A DNA stretch of 63,738 nt, filler included, from Intoshia linei (GCA_001642005.1; 6 parts of 6 records of this genome joined end to end with filler, not necessarily neighbours in it); one strand, 5' to 3'. Positions 11,309 to 24,215 are shown, counted from the whole stretch's first letter. A program made the numbers and translations. Notes: a model not told the origin generated them from the letters alone.

Positions 11309-14300
11309 AACGAATCTACACTAAAACTAATTGAAAATTTGACTAAATTAAACGACTGCAATGAATTAGAACAGATCTTTTTACAGAAACTCAAATTCGG
11401 AACAGCTGGTGTTTTATTCAAAATATTTATGGAACCATTGTGTAGATTGGTCGGCATAATTTTATTAATTTTCAAAATTTTTCTAATTTAAATACATTTC
11501 GTATTTTTAAAGTTTATTGGACTCAAAAATTGTGATCCTTATCTACATATATAAGTATATAATATGTATGCAATATTTTTTGTGTGTGTGTTACCGTTTT
11601 TTTTCAATAACTACCAGTGTTAGAATTTTATAAAGTCCACATTTCAATTACCGTTTTTTCCGAGGGTGTTAGTAAAATAAATTTCAACCTCCCAATTTCA
11701 CATCTTACGGGTCAAAAAGCCCAATTGTCATTTTTTTTGAAAATCAAACGAGTTCGAAAATTTAAAAAAATATATTCTCTGATACGAATTTTAAAATCAT
11801 AAATATTATCATAAATTTAAATTTGAAAAAAAATATATCTTTAGGGACAAAACCCAAATTACCTTTTTATTTTTAATGAAAACAGTCTTAGATTTTAAAA
11901 AGACACAATGTCTAGTAAAGTTTTTCGAGGGTGAGCTTTTATCTTAAATTTCATTATCAGAAATTGAATCCTGCAGGATCAAAACCAAAATTACTTTTTT
12001 TTAAAACTAAAATGACTTCTAGAATTTTAAAAAAAAATACAACTGATACAATTATTTCATGTTAATAGTCAGAAAAAAATTCATAAAAAATAAATTCTGG
12101 GATTAGGTTTAAAATCCTTAACATTGTCGTAAATACCAGCTTCAGAAACGCACACATTCATGGTGAAAACCCAAAATTACCCTGTTATAAAATGAAACGT
12201 CCTAAAATTTTATAAAAAAATAAATTTTGGGATAGTTTTTAAAATCAAAAGCATTATCATAAATGGCAACATCAAAAAAGTGCATTTCCAAGATGAAGAC
12301 CCTAGATTACCTTTTTTTAAAAATGAAAAAAGTCCTAGAATTTTAAAACAAGTTATAGATGATCAAGTTATTTCAATTTAATAGACAAATAAATTTTCAA
12401 TCTGACAAAATGACGCCTTCACGATCAAAAAAAAACTTTAATATATTTAGATTCTAAAAAATGATCATTGATTGCCATATTTGAAATTTATTAAATTTAA
12501 AGGTATTAACTCATTCTTTTTAATAGGAATTCGCGCTCCAATGGGCCCAGGATTTGGTTGTTTGAACTATCAAACAATTATTGCCATTAGTCGAGTAAAA
12601 TAGTTAAATATTGTAGAGCAGGCATGTCAAGTAAGCTGACTACTGTGGCCTTGTATATTAAAGTATGTAATTAAAATATGTATTATTATTATTATGTATT
12701 AAAGTATAATAATTTTCGTGTCATTATTTACACAAAATAGAATTTAAATTCAATTCAATTTTAATGTATATACAATCAGGTTCGTGTTTATCCAACAGTG
12801 GGTCCGATCAATAAAAATTATAAAACCCTTATATAAACCTTAAAATTTTTGTGTGTTCCTCATCATTATTTAATACAGCGCGTTTCTGCAACGGTTGTAA
12901 ACTTTTTTTCAGCGTTACCCTACCGGAGTAAAAAAAAATCCCCCACCATGCAAAGTTTTTTCATAATGTCACTGTTTGTTTAACCTATTAATTTATAATA
13001 ATATCTCTCGTCATATGAACTTTTATTTCTCTCCAGGATCTTGTATGTAACAGATATTATGTATTTTCTGTTTATTCGATTTTATAACAAAAAATGAGTA
13101 GTTGTGATGTTGACGATGTTCCATGTGACCATGATGAATTTAACATGATTTTTTTTGAGCAATTTGCCCAAACCCAACCCCGTGCCTAGACGATTCTTTG
13201 AACATTTGAGTAGTATTCTCGTTTCCTCTCTTTAAAGATTAAACCAAAGTTAATGACGAATGTACAAGTTTTTTTTATCCACAAATATGTATTTTTAACC
13301 TAATTACCCAGAGCCGAACTTACCCAGCGTGAGGTCACCGAAAATGACAAATAGACCTATAAAAAAATTTTTTCACAACTTATTCATAGTGTCATAAACA
13401 GTAGTCTTAATGTTTCTCTAAGGTTTTTGATTTGATATTTTAAATTTAACACAAAATATTTATGATATTAAAGAATATAATTTTTTTAATGCTTAATTTG
13501 GAAAAGTGAGGCCCCCATTTTTATAAAAATTGAGAAGAAGTGTCTCCGATGTGGTAGGTTCGGCACTGTAATTACACACATCAGTAGGTTAACTTTACAG
13601 TGCGCGACATAAGTCTTAGGCACCCCCATTGTAATTAGTTTAAACAGTTCTGGTTCATGATTTAAGACATTTTCATTAAATTTAATGATCTATAAATAAA
13701 ATATTATTATTTTTTTAGTAAATGACGCGCATAAGTGACGAAAAAAGATGCAATGTTGTTTCCTTATTCAAGGAAGGAAAAAGTCATGTTTTTATAAGTA
13801 AAACCTTAATAATTTCTCGATATGCGGTTCAAAATATAATTAAAAAATATAAAAAGGGGTTAGGTATAGCTGACTTGCCAAGATCAGGTAGAAAACGCAT
13901 GCTAACATTTAGGATAGAGGCTATTATAAAAAGGAATCAATTAAAAACTCATTCTTGACAGCTTTGGAGGTCAAACACCACTCGAATAATTTCAAAAATC
14001 CATTTTTAAGGACATTGCAACGTGTATTATATAGATTTGGATTATATGGAAGAATTGCAAGTCGAAAACCGTTTCTGAAAAAAATACACAGATCAAAGCG
14101 TTTAAAATGGTGTAAAGCAAAAGTGGCATGGACGAACCAATGACAAAATGTAGCCTTTACTGATGAAAGTAGATTTGAATTGTTTTCAAAAAGGAGAGTA
14201 TATGTACACAGGTACACAAGTAGAAGCATAAAACATAGCCAATCAATTATGATTTGGGGTGGTATTAGGGCAGATGGAAAAAGAATATTTATTAAATGTG

Positions 14301-17300
14301 AAGGAGGAGTAAACGCTCAAGAATACGAGAGAATCCTTGGAAAAGCAAATGAGGAAAATTTTATCCATGGAGTGAAGATGCAGCAAGATGGAGCACCGTG
14401 CCACACAGCAAAGACAACCCGCCGATTTATCAGGGTAAATCGTATAAAAACATTAAAAGATTGGTCCACGCCAAGCCCAGATCTAAATATTATTGAAAAT
14501 ATGTGGAAAATTTTGAAAGATAAAGTTTATAAGCTAAATCCAACCAATTTAAAAGAACTGTGGAGATTTATACAAGAAAATGGGACCGAGTACCTCTAGA
14601 AACTATTTAAGTTTTGTATGCCTCATTGCCCAGTAGAATTGCATCAGTTATACAAAATAAAGGATGGAATACTAAATATTAGTAACTTTGTATATATTTA
14701 TCTAATGTTTTCATTTAATTAACATAATTAATTGTATTATTTTATAGGTGCCTAAGACTTATGTCGCTCGGAATTTTGCAATTCTAATTAAAAATATCTA
14801 TATTTCATTAATTATTAAAAAATTTTTATAGTTTTCGCTTTTTTAGGGTTGTTAAATATTTGTTCTTGATCATAAACTAGATATGATATAATAAAATATC
14901 TTAAATCATGAACCAGGAGCATTTAAATTAATTACAATGGGAGTGCCTAAGACTTATGTCGCCTACTGTACTTTAAATACCTTAAAACTTGTCACCTAGA
15001 CAGAGACATAATTTTGTACGTAGTGCAAAAAAGAAAATCTAGTCTGATAAACAAATACAAGTGTATGTGTTATTTTTTAGTGATTAAAAAGTTTTCTAAA
15101 ATTTATAATACAAATCCTAACTTATATAATGTTTGTTTGTCTGTGTGTATTATCGTTTATTTCAATAACTACTAGTCTTAGAATTTTATAAAGTTCAATT
15201 TCAATTACAGTTGTTTCCGGTGTTAGCAAAATAAATTTCAACCGCCCAAACTCAAACCTTACGGATCAAAAAGCCCAATTGTCTTTTTTTTGAAAATCAA
15301 ACGAATTCGAGAATTTAAAAAAATATATACTCTAATACGGATTTTAAAATCATAAATATTATTGTAGTTATATATCGTTACCATACTAATCGAGATTCGA
15401 ATATATACTTTTGATATAACTTACTTGTGATGTCTAACGGGCAGAGTGGTTATAGTCATATAATTATACTCTGCGTGGCTAGGTTCGAATCGAGATTTGG
15501 GCATGTTTTTATTTAAGATAAACTTATCAGAGTTTTTATCTGCCAATCGTTACAATTATCATAAATTTATATTTAAAAAAAATATATCTTCAGGGACAAA
15601 ACCAAAAATTACCTTTTTTTTAATGAAAACAGTCCTAGAATTTAAAAAAATCTGCAGGTGGTACAGTTGTACCCTATTAATACACACAAAAAATTTCTAT
15701 CTGAATAAGTTACGCCTTTATGGTGAAAAAAGCAGTTTAGTATTCATATTTTTTTTTTCAAAATATTTAATTAAAACAAAAAGTGTGAAATATTTAACGA
15801 TCCGAAAATTATAAAAAATGATTATTCTGATAGAGCTTAATCCAGTTGATATAAATACAAAATTTCAACCACAGACATATACGCATTCCCGGTAAAAAAT
15901 AATTTTGAATATATTATCAACCAATATTTTTTAAATATTTCGATTAAAATAAAAATTGAAAATGTAAATATTAATCCTAATATTTCAAAAAAAAATGTGC
16001 ATTGAACGGCTACACATTTTCAATAAAGAGATATGAGTGAAAATCTATATAAATTATTTTTTCGTTATTTTTTTCATTGCTACGCAATTTTTCAATGTCA
16101 AATTCTCATTTTCGGCAGAGCTAGGTGCTGTTTGTACGTAGTACATAACAGTCAACCTAGTGTATAAAATATAAATATGACACAGCTGAAAATTTTTCGT
16201 AATAATCCATGAAATATGAATTTAGTTTGACATGGCTGTTGTACAATACTATTAAAACGTATTATATAATAATTATTTTTAAAATAGGCATTTGCTTTTT
16301 ATTTAAATACGACTCAAACCCCTAATATTTTAATTGGATATGATACAAGACATAATAGTAAAAGGTTTTCAAAATTTAAAAAACTTTCAATATCAATGAA
16401 TACATAACGAATTTAGGTTTGCTGAAATATGTGGTTTAATAATGCATTCAATGAATGTAAAAACAAACTTATTAGAAAAATATGTCCCAACACCATTAAT
16501 AGTAAACTTGATCATTTTAGTGTTTTATAAATAATAATGTCATCTTTTATAGCAATGGTCGCCAATTATTATATTCAGTGTCATTTCTGGAGATTTAAAA
16601 AAGTTCGGGCCCCTTTGGAAAAAATTTATCGAGAAAAATTTTTTTTAATTTATTAAAAATGCAGAATACTACACTATCTGAAGAAATCAAATATTTTATC
16701 TCGTTCCACTCAGTTTGAACACTGAGTTATAGAATTAGTTGCATTATAATGATTATATACATTTAATAATATGATTATTTAGAGTTTTGGTGTACCACAT
16801 TTTGGATACCATTGGGGAATAATGATTACCGCTTCTCATAACCCACCCATAGATAACGGTTTTAAAATTTACAGTAAAAACGGACAACCAGTAATATTTA
16901 AACCCCATTTTATACGACTTGTGCTCATAGATTTTGAATCATATTGAAACAATTATAGAAAATAATATTAATTTTGATTTTGACAAACCGTATATTGATA
17001 AAATTATCAAAAATTCTGCAGATATATTCCAATTGATCCATCAACAAGATGATGAAAATTTAATCATTAATTTAAAAGAAATAAAACTGGCATACTATAA
17101 CGAAATTGGGTTGTTTTATAATAAATTGTAATTTTTTATTAATTTTAAGCAAAATTAAAATATATTTAAATAGAATTCAAATTGACAAAAACCAGACAAA
17201 AGTAGTATATAGTGCATTTCATGGAGTTGGAAAAATTTATGTTGAGGAATCTTTCAAATATTGTGATATAGATGCTTTAGTTTTTACTAGTAGTCAAGTA

Positions 17301-20300
17301 ATCTTTTTGTGTTTTAAATTTTTAGGTACAGTTAATGTAGTTTTAATTTTTCCATTAACATATTAGATATCAGTGGATTTCAGCAATAATTAGGAAAAAT
17401 TATTCTAGCGCATATTACTATATAGAATATAAACTATATAGATAAAATTACTCAATATTTCATTTATTTCTTAATTTAATTTTTCTTGAAAATTAGGTGA
17501 CGCCATCTGAAATTGAAATTTTAAAATTTAATTTTAATTCAATTTTAATGTATTTATTATAGTGTGAACCAGACCCCAACTTCAGTACACTCAAATTTCC
17601 AAATCCAGAATTAGGCCTCAAAGTATATGTAAGTCTTAATAAAAATTTATCTAAATATGATTTTAAATTAGGCAGAATCGATTGCTGAAGCAGATAAACA
17701 TAATTTAAATGTTATATTTGCAACAGGTTCACAAAAAATTCAATTTTATTAATTTTATTTTGTTTATTGAGTACAATTTTATTTAGTTTAATTTTAATTT
17801 TTAGACCCAGATGCCGACAGGTTTTGTATGTGTGAACGAAAACAAAATGGGTTTTATTTATTTTTAGTTTAAATTTTCATTAACTCTAGAGGTTGGCATT
17901 GTTTTACCGGAGATGAAATTGCAGCACTTTTTTGTTGGTGGTTATGGAAGAGTCAAAAAGAAATGATGAAAAAGAAGTGTAATACAGAAATACATAATAT
18001 GAATGAAATTAAAATCTTTTTGGGTTTATTTGTTTATTATAATGGTCATGATTTTAAAATTTTATCAGAATTGATATTTTTTAAAAAGAATAATTTAGTT
18101 TTTGACCATGAAGAACTCAATTTCTAAAAATGAAATTTGCGATAGAACCTCACTCTCGAAAACTGTATTAGAAATTTATGTTAAAACTTTATAAAACTTT
18201 ACGTCTCTTACTTTATTAAATAAACTGGAACAAACAGACACACATTTTTAGCTAAATTTATTTATATAAATAGGGATTATATTGAAGTGTCGCAGAAATT
18301 TTTTTGAGTAGTGTGGTTTGAATTTTTTTATCTTTCTTTTTAGGTATGAGATGCTCTAGTATTGTATAATTAATACAAATGGAAACCTATAAAAAATTAA
18401 ATTTGTCCAAGATAATGTCATTTTTAAATTTTTAGATAAAGATTTTAGAAAAATATTTTGTGTTAGCACATACGTTTCTAGCAACTTTATAGATTCTTTT
18501 TGTAAAAACAAAGGATTATCCGTAATGGTAAGATATTATAACAATGAATAGTAATGTTCAGTTGGTATACATTTTAGAGCAGGGGTTCTCAACCTTTTTA
18601 AACCAACGCTCCCATTACACTATATTTTATAAACTTATAAATCAATTTCTAAGCCCCCTATGATAAATTAACTATAATTTTTAATTATTTCCATGTGATC
18701 CTTTCGCCTGGTGATTGAGTGCCAACTCCTTAATTTTTAGTTTTATGCTGGTGAATTCGATAACAATATATCCTCTTTGACATATATTCATTTTGTTGAT
18801 ATATTTATTCAATATTTTAACGCTCACGTCGAGAACCACTGTTTTAGAGTATAATTAGGCTGACCATATATTTTTCGTACTAAAAATAGTACTTTTATAG
18901 CTTAGAAACAAAATATGTTTTTGATTAATTTATCATTAGAAAAATGAACGTTTAAGTTAAATTTCAATTTATAAGTTTACAAGGGTAATTTGGGGTTTTG
19001 GCCCTGAAGATATAATTTTTTTAAATTGAAATTTATGACAATGTTTATGATTTTAAAATCCGTATCAGCGTATATATTTTTTTAAATTCTCCAACTCGGT
19101 TGATTTTCAAAAAGAGGGACAACTGGGGTTTTTGACCCGTAAGATGTGAAATTGGGAAGTTGAAATTAAGTTTTCACACACCCCGGAACAAACTGTAATT
19201 AAAATGTGGACTTTATACAAATTATAAGACGGGTGGTTATTTAAATAAAGCGTAACACACACGCAAACAAAAATCGCGTAGCATATTATATAAGTTAGAA
19301 TTTACTACGACAAACTACGACTAAAAAAAAAACTTAAAACGGCAAAGTTGGAACAGTGCCAAAAGTCGTACTTCTGGTCGCACTAGTATAATGACTATTT
19401 AATTTTTAATTATAATAATACTTTAAATCGGTTGTTATCGAGGTAGGCATACGGGCCCTCCGGGCCACAGGTATAATTATATGTTAAGTCACAAAAAAAA
19501 ATGTTAGTAAAAGTATATTTATACTAGGTTGACTGTTATTGAAAATCTTATGATCAAATCTTATGGGAAAAATTCAGTTTTATAAATCTTTAGGGAAAAT
19601 TCCAGTTTTAAAGTTTGTAAAAATGGATTAATCCCTTAAGGGTTGGTAAAACTGATTTTTTCATTTTAGGGTTGGTTGATAGTGAAAAAATTCCGAAGGA
19701 ATGAATTATATAGATTTTCACCCATAATTCTATATTGAATTGTGTAGACATTCAATGCACATTTTTTTTAAAATTGTAGGATTAATATTTACATTTTTAT
19801 TTTAATCGAAATATTTGAAAAATATTAGTTGATAATATATTAAAAATTATTTATCACCGGGAATGCGTAGATTTCTGGGATTGAAATTTTATATTTATAT
19901 CAACTGGAATAAAGTCTATCAGAATAATTTTTCTTTTTAATTTTTGAACATTTAATTATTTCACATTTTTTGGTTTAATAAAATATCTCAAAAAAAAATA
20001 TATGAATACTTAAATTCTTTTTTGACCGTGAAGTCGTCACTTATTCGAATTGAAATTTTTTTTAATTCTAGGGCTGTTATCATTAAAAAAAAGGGTCATT
20101 TGGGGTTTTGGCCCTGAAGATATTGTATTTTTTTAATTTAAATTTATAATATTATTTATAATTTTAAAGATCAGAGTGTATATTGTAAAAAGGACAATTG
20201 GGCTTTTTGATCTGTAAGGTGTACGTTTGGGTGGTTGAAATTTATTTTCTAACACCCCGGAAAAAACTGTAATTGAAATGTGGAATTTATTAATTTCTAA

Positions 20301-21594
20301 GACTAGTTAGTATTAAAATAAACGATAACACACACACAGACAAAAAAAGCATAATATATAAGTAAGGATTATGGGGCGCGAATAAAATAAAATCGTTAAG
20401 AGTGTAGGGCTAAGAGGTTGATAACCGTTACTTGAATTTAGTAAAACACACATAATGATAATTATGCATAACTAAATCCAGTCATTTCTTTGCGTATATC
20501 AATGTAAATAACAATCAGTAAACTTTAAACTTGATACCCTTTAGTTTATTTCAAAAAGTTGTTTATTTTCCGTTATAAAACTAGCTCAGTATTTCTGAAA
20601 TGAGTCTTCGCGGAACTAAATGTTTTTGACTGTAATATGAAGAATTTAGCGTACACAGACTGGTTTTAAGTGGATATCAGACTGTATGTCCCGTGTACGG
20701 AAAGAAGGAAATGCAATTTTATTAGGTTATGAAGAATCAATCGGATATATTTGTGGTCCCGATTTTTATACATATGACAAGGATGGAATAACAGCAGCAG
20801 TTGTAGCATATAAAATGATTCATTTCATTTTAAATACAAAAAATATTAATATATTGGATCAATTGCAAAGTTTATATGTCAAGTACATTTTAATTTTAAA
20901 ATTGAAACAAAAACAATTTAGATATGGATATCATATTTCCGAAAATTCATTTATTGCAATTAATAATGGAGAAGAAATTTTTAATAAAATTAGAAATTTC
21001 ACCAAAATCAAGGGTTCCAATGTAATAATGCTTATTAAATATTTATTTTTGCCATAACTATTTTTCTTTTATCCAAAAAAGTAAAGGGTTGTTATATTTA
21101 TGGCCCCATGTACATTATAAATTAGATATTAATATATATTTTATATACAGCAGTGCAATAAATTTAAAGACTATAAAATTAGCAATTTTGTTGATTTGAC
21201 ATTTGGAATCGATACGTCAAAGAAGGATAATAAAAGCGTAATTTTCTATTGTCATTTTTGTTATTAATCAATTAGAAGGTTAAAAGTATCAAATATTTAG
21301 TTTAGATTATAAAACTTAAAATAATTAGTTATACTATTACAATTTAGACATATCCAAAAATAAAAGGCAACTTTTTAATATTAAATTTTGATAATAATGT
21401 TACAATCCGAATTCGTGCCAGTGGAACTGAACCTAAAGTTAAATACTATGCTGAAATGGTTTACCAAAATGTGAATCAAGAGTAGTGTCTTTTTAAAATA
21501 TTATTTATAATTTACTAGTGAAAAATTGAACGAAAAAAACCGAACAGAGCTACGTGAAACTGTGACATGGTTTTGTGAATCATTTTTAAAATAG
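11309..21594 (+). CDS. PGM2: Phosphoglucomutase-2 / phosphopentomutase family (alpha-D-phosphohexomutase), about 17 exons; first exon not located
   Basis: 'LKFGTAG' (~11390), 'IRAPMGPG' (12528), 'ILIGYDTRHNS' (16330), 'VPTP', catalytic 'MITASHNPPIDNGFKIY' (16823), 'YSAFHGVG', 'FPNPE', metal loop 'T-DPDADR' (17804), 'FTGDEIAAL', 'TGFKWI', 'GYEESIGY...DKDGITAA' and 'RASGTEPKVKYYAE' (21414). Stop TAG at 21592-21594. Confidence 0.93.
11536..12432 (+). mobile_element. Helitron family copy (5' TC end, 3'-truncated) with internal ~120-bp tandem units
   Basis: The 5' end is 'a|tccttatc...ttttgtgtgtgtgttaccg'. The unit 'aaaacccaaattaccttttt...aatgaaa..gtcctagaatttt' recurs at about 11849, 11981, 12167 and 12297. 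Confidence 0.7.
13309..13568. mobile_element. hAT-like MITE (related ends at ~38770-38932 and ~48180-48346)
   Basis: TIRs cagagccgaacttacc / ggtaggttcggcactg. Flanks taattacc / taattaca (7 of 8 match). Internal sequence is shared with two other copies. Confidence 0.75.
13598..14968 (+). mobile_element. Tc1-type transposon, DD35E spacing, near full length but inactivated, in a PGM2 intron
   Basis: TIRs of about 80 bp (cagtgcgcgacataagtcttaggcac / gtgcctaagacttatgtcgcctactg) with a TA TSD. Paired-like HTH and 'RSGRKR' at 13722; 'FTDESRF', 'IMIWGGI' and 'QQDGAPCH...SPDLNIIEN'. Contains frameshifts and stops. Confidence 0.95.
15115..16160 (+). mobile_element. Complete non-autonomous Helitron
   Basis: 5' end A|TCCTAACTTATATAATG-TTTGTTTGTCTGTGTG. 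3' hairpin 'ctaggtgctgtttgtacgtagtacataacagtcaacCTAG|T'. Inserted between A and T with no TSD; many related copies in the window. Confidence 0.82.
15363..15554 (+). mobile_element. Solo-LTR-like insertion carrying a tRNA-like segment
   Basis: Termini TGTA...TACA, perfect 5-bp TSD ATTAT (15358-62 and 15555-59), absent from sister Helitron copies. A-box-like gggcagagtgg at 15439 and B-box ggttcgaatc at 15482. Confidence 0.75.
18580..18841. mobile_element. hAT (Charlie/Buster-type) MITE
   Basis: TIRs caggggttctcaac / gtcgagaaccactg. Perfect 8-bp TSD TTTTAGAG. Confidence 0.88.
18856..19385. mobile_element. TIR element (Tip100-like ends) containing a minus-strand Helitron fragment (~18975-19300)
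   Basis: Ends taggctgacca / tggtcgcacta. 7-bp direct repeat GTATAAT on both flanks. Confidence 0.65.
19524..20368 (-). mobile_element. Complete non-autonomous Helitron, minus strand
   Basis: 'a|ctaggttgactgttat' at 19524 and 'cacacagac...tatataagtaagga|t' at 20368. Largely collinear with 15115-16160. Confidence 0.82.
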
Positions 21595-22347
21595 TGTAAA
21601 TTTCATTAATAAATGTTTTGTCACGCTATAATTTTTCCCCTCTATGTCAAAATTTTAAATTTAAATGTATTTTGACAGTATCAACACTTTAATTAACATT
21701 ATATAGTTACACCATGTATCCTTCTGGTTGATATATACATCTATTGTTTTATTTACATGGTTATAAATTTGATTCTACAAGATATAGATTAGATTAGAAT
21801 GTCAGAAAAATTAATTACATGTTCAATCAAAATAATACTGAAAATGTCCACACACAGAATATTACACAGTTTGGTGTTGAAATTTGTTAATTAAATTTAA
21901 ATTAATAAATTATGTTTACATGTATTGTCAATCATTTATTAATATTACAGAAATTAATACAATTTTATGTTTTAATGTTTGTTTATCTGTATGATAAAAT
22001 ATACATACTTTGCGTGCAAGTGTGGTTCTAATAGTAAATCCCTTAAAATATAATTTTGTTAGCAAATTGTTAATAATTTCAGATAATACGCAAATCGTAA
22101 TGTATGTGTGTATTTTCGTATTAATCCTTTTCATACACTCTGTAATATAATAAAATAATTCGTCTATTACCTCTAACTTATAATTATAAGTAATAATAAT
22201 AATTATTTTTAATATACATACAACATAATATACGCATTTTATTGCAATATAGAATAAAAATAAAAGGTTTGAATCCATGTTGGTAACATCTTGATTATAA
22301 TTATAATGTAAGCGATACGTTGTAATGCCTTTCATTGATTAGGAATA

Positions 22348-22896
22348 CAGTCTAAGTCCTTATTAACGGAATTTAAAATTCTGTAATTCCGTTAATATGG
22401 AATTTTCCCATATTAACACCTTTGTTAACGGAATTTAATTTTTTTAAATAAAAACAATATATATTATGGTCATATTTCAATTTATTATGAGTTTTTGAAT
22501 AATACATGACGAAGTAATATACACAAGTGAAAAATTTTTAAATTTTAAATTATTTACAGATATAAAATAAAGTTAAAAATGATATTTTCACAATGATAAT
22601 AATTATTTCTAATTAACGCCGTCTAATTTAATATCTATTAAAAGTTTCATAAAAAATATAACAAATTAACTTCTAATTTGTAAAAAAATTAGTTTATACT
22701 TATGATAGTCACTAAAAATAGATTATAGAGCTTTAGAGATAAAATTTCTATTAACGGAATATTTGGTTACAATTTGGAATGGTTTATACAAATTCGTTAA
22801 GAAAAAATAAATAATTCAAAATTCCGTTTAAATAGAACTTTGCCGCTAAAATGGAATTTCCACTAACAAAAATTTTGTTAATAAGAACGTAGATTG
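22348..22896. mobile_element. pogo/Tc1-mariner-type MITE
   Basis: TA|cagtctaagtccttattaac ... gttaataagaacgtagattg|TA, with subterminal 'ttaacggaa' repeats. Second copy at 32027-33601. Confidence 0.82.
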
Positions 22897-23039
22897 TATT
22901 AGTATATTATATTAATTATATATGCATACGGGTAGAAAAAATTTCAATATGTATTATTTTTAAACTTATATAATTATGAAATAATGTCTAGATTAATATT
23001 TTTTGTATATTTTAATTAGAAATAACTGTATTAGTTGTG

Positions 23040-24215
23040 ATTTTTTGTAAAATTCAAAGACTTTATTTTTAAAAAAACGGTAATCTGGATTTCGACCGTA
23101 AAGATGCAAGTTTGTGATATTGTGATTTATGGTAATACTCAGGATTTTAAAAACCGTCCCAGAATTTGTGTTTTATAAAATTTTAGAATTCTTTTCATTT
23201 AAAAAAAAGTAATTTGGTTTTTGGCCCTGAAGGTTTAAATTTTTGAGAATAACATTTTTCGTGTACTTTAATGGGAAATATCAGTATTAGGCGTTAATTT
23301 TTTTAAATTTTGGGAACCTTTCCATTAAAAAGAACAATGTAATAGGTGGTTTTAACCGTAAAGATGCAAATACAGTGTGTACCAATTTAAAACAGTGCAC
23401 TTAAAAATAATAATTATAATTGTAAACATTAGATAATTCTTGAGTGCTAATTGAATTAATACTGTTAATGATATTGGTTTTTACGGATTCTATATTTAAA
23501 GGGTAATTTTTATAAATTTTAGATTTTTTTGTTCCCACAAATAAAAATCACATGGCGTTAGATCAGGAGACTTTGGTGAATATTATTTTTTCGTCGAATT
23601 TTTGATTTAACCAATTCATGAATATTATGATATTAATGAAGTATGGCAAGTTTTAAACTCGATTAATAGCTCGTCAAGAAATATTCTTTCACTCGTGGTT
23701 AACATTTCAAAAAATTGAACTAACAAAATATGAACTTGTTTTTATACAGTTGATTTGTTATTTATTTCGTCAGTGCACTCATAATATGAAATGTTTTAAC
23801 AAGTGCACTGTTCTAAATGATACACCCTGTATATGAAGTCGCGATTTATGGTAATGCTCATAATTTTAAAAACCGATCCAGAATTTTAGTCATAAAAAAT
23901 TGTATAACTCTTTTCGTTCAAAAAAAGGTCATATGGGGTTTTTACCTTAAAGATGCAAGTTTCTGAAGTTACGATTTGTTTATGTTTATGCTTTTAAAAA
24001 CTGTCCCAAAAATTGTATTTTATAAAACTTTGGAAGTCTGTTCATTATTATAAAAAATAGAGTAATTTGTGTTTTTGACTCTTAAGGTTTTAATTTCAGA
24101 TAATTTAATCTTGAAGTTAGCGGTGCTGTATCAAAATTTGTGGTTTTTAATTCTAGGAGTCTTGATTTTTTAATTAAACCGTAACACAGACATTCAATTT
24201 TATATACATGTATGT
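23040..24215 (-). repeat. Helitron-related degenerate ~120-bp tandem array
   Basis: Repeated 'gtaat.tgg.ttttt.acc.t.aagatgcaa' units, the reverse complement of the units at 11850-12350. Interrupted by 23373-23829. Confidence 0.6.
23373..23829 (-). mobile_element. Internally deleted mariner-like element (rosa DD41D / maT type)
   Basis: TA|cagtgtgtaccaatttaaaacagtgcactt ... aagtgcactgttctaaatgatacaccctg|TA. Minus-strand remnant 'PKSPDLTPCDF' at about 23545-23577. Confidence 0.8.

Noticed and set aside
15430-15504. Functional tRNA gene
   Set aside because: The T-stem pairs poorly, there is no credible anticodon arm and it lies inside a TSD-flanked insertion. It is reported as a TE component instead.
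21928-22335. 135-aa minus-strand ORF
   Set aside because: Its I/Y/N/K-rich composition is typical of random AT-rich DNA, with no motif or splice support.
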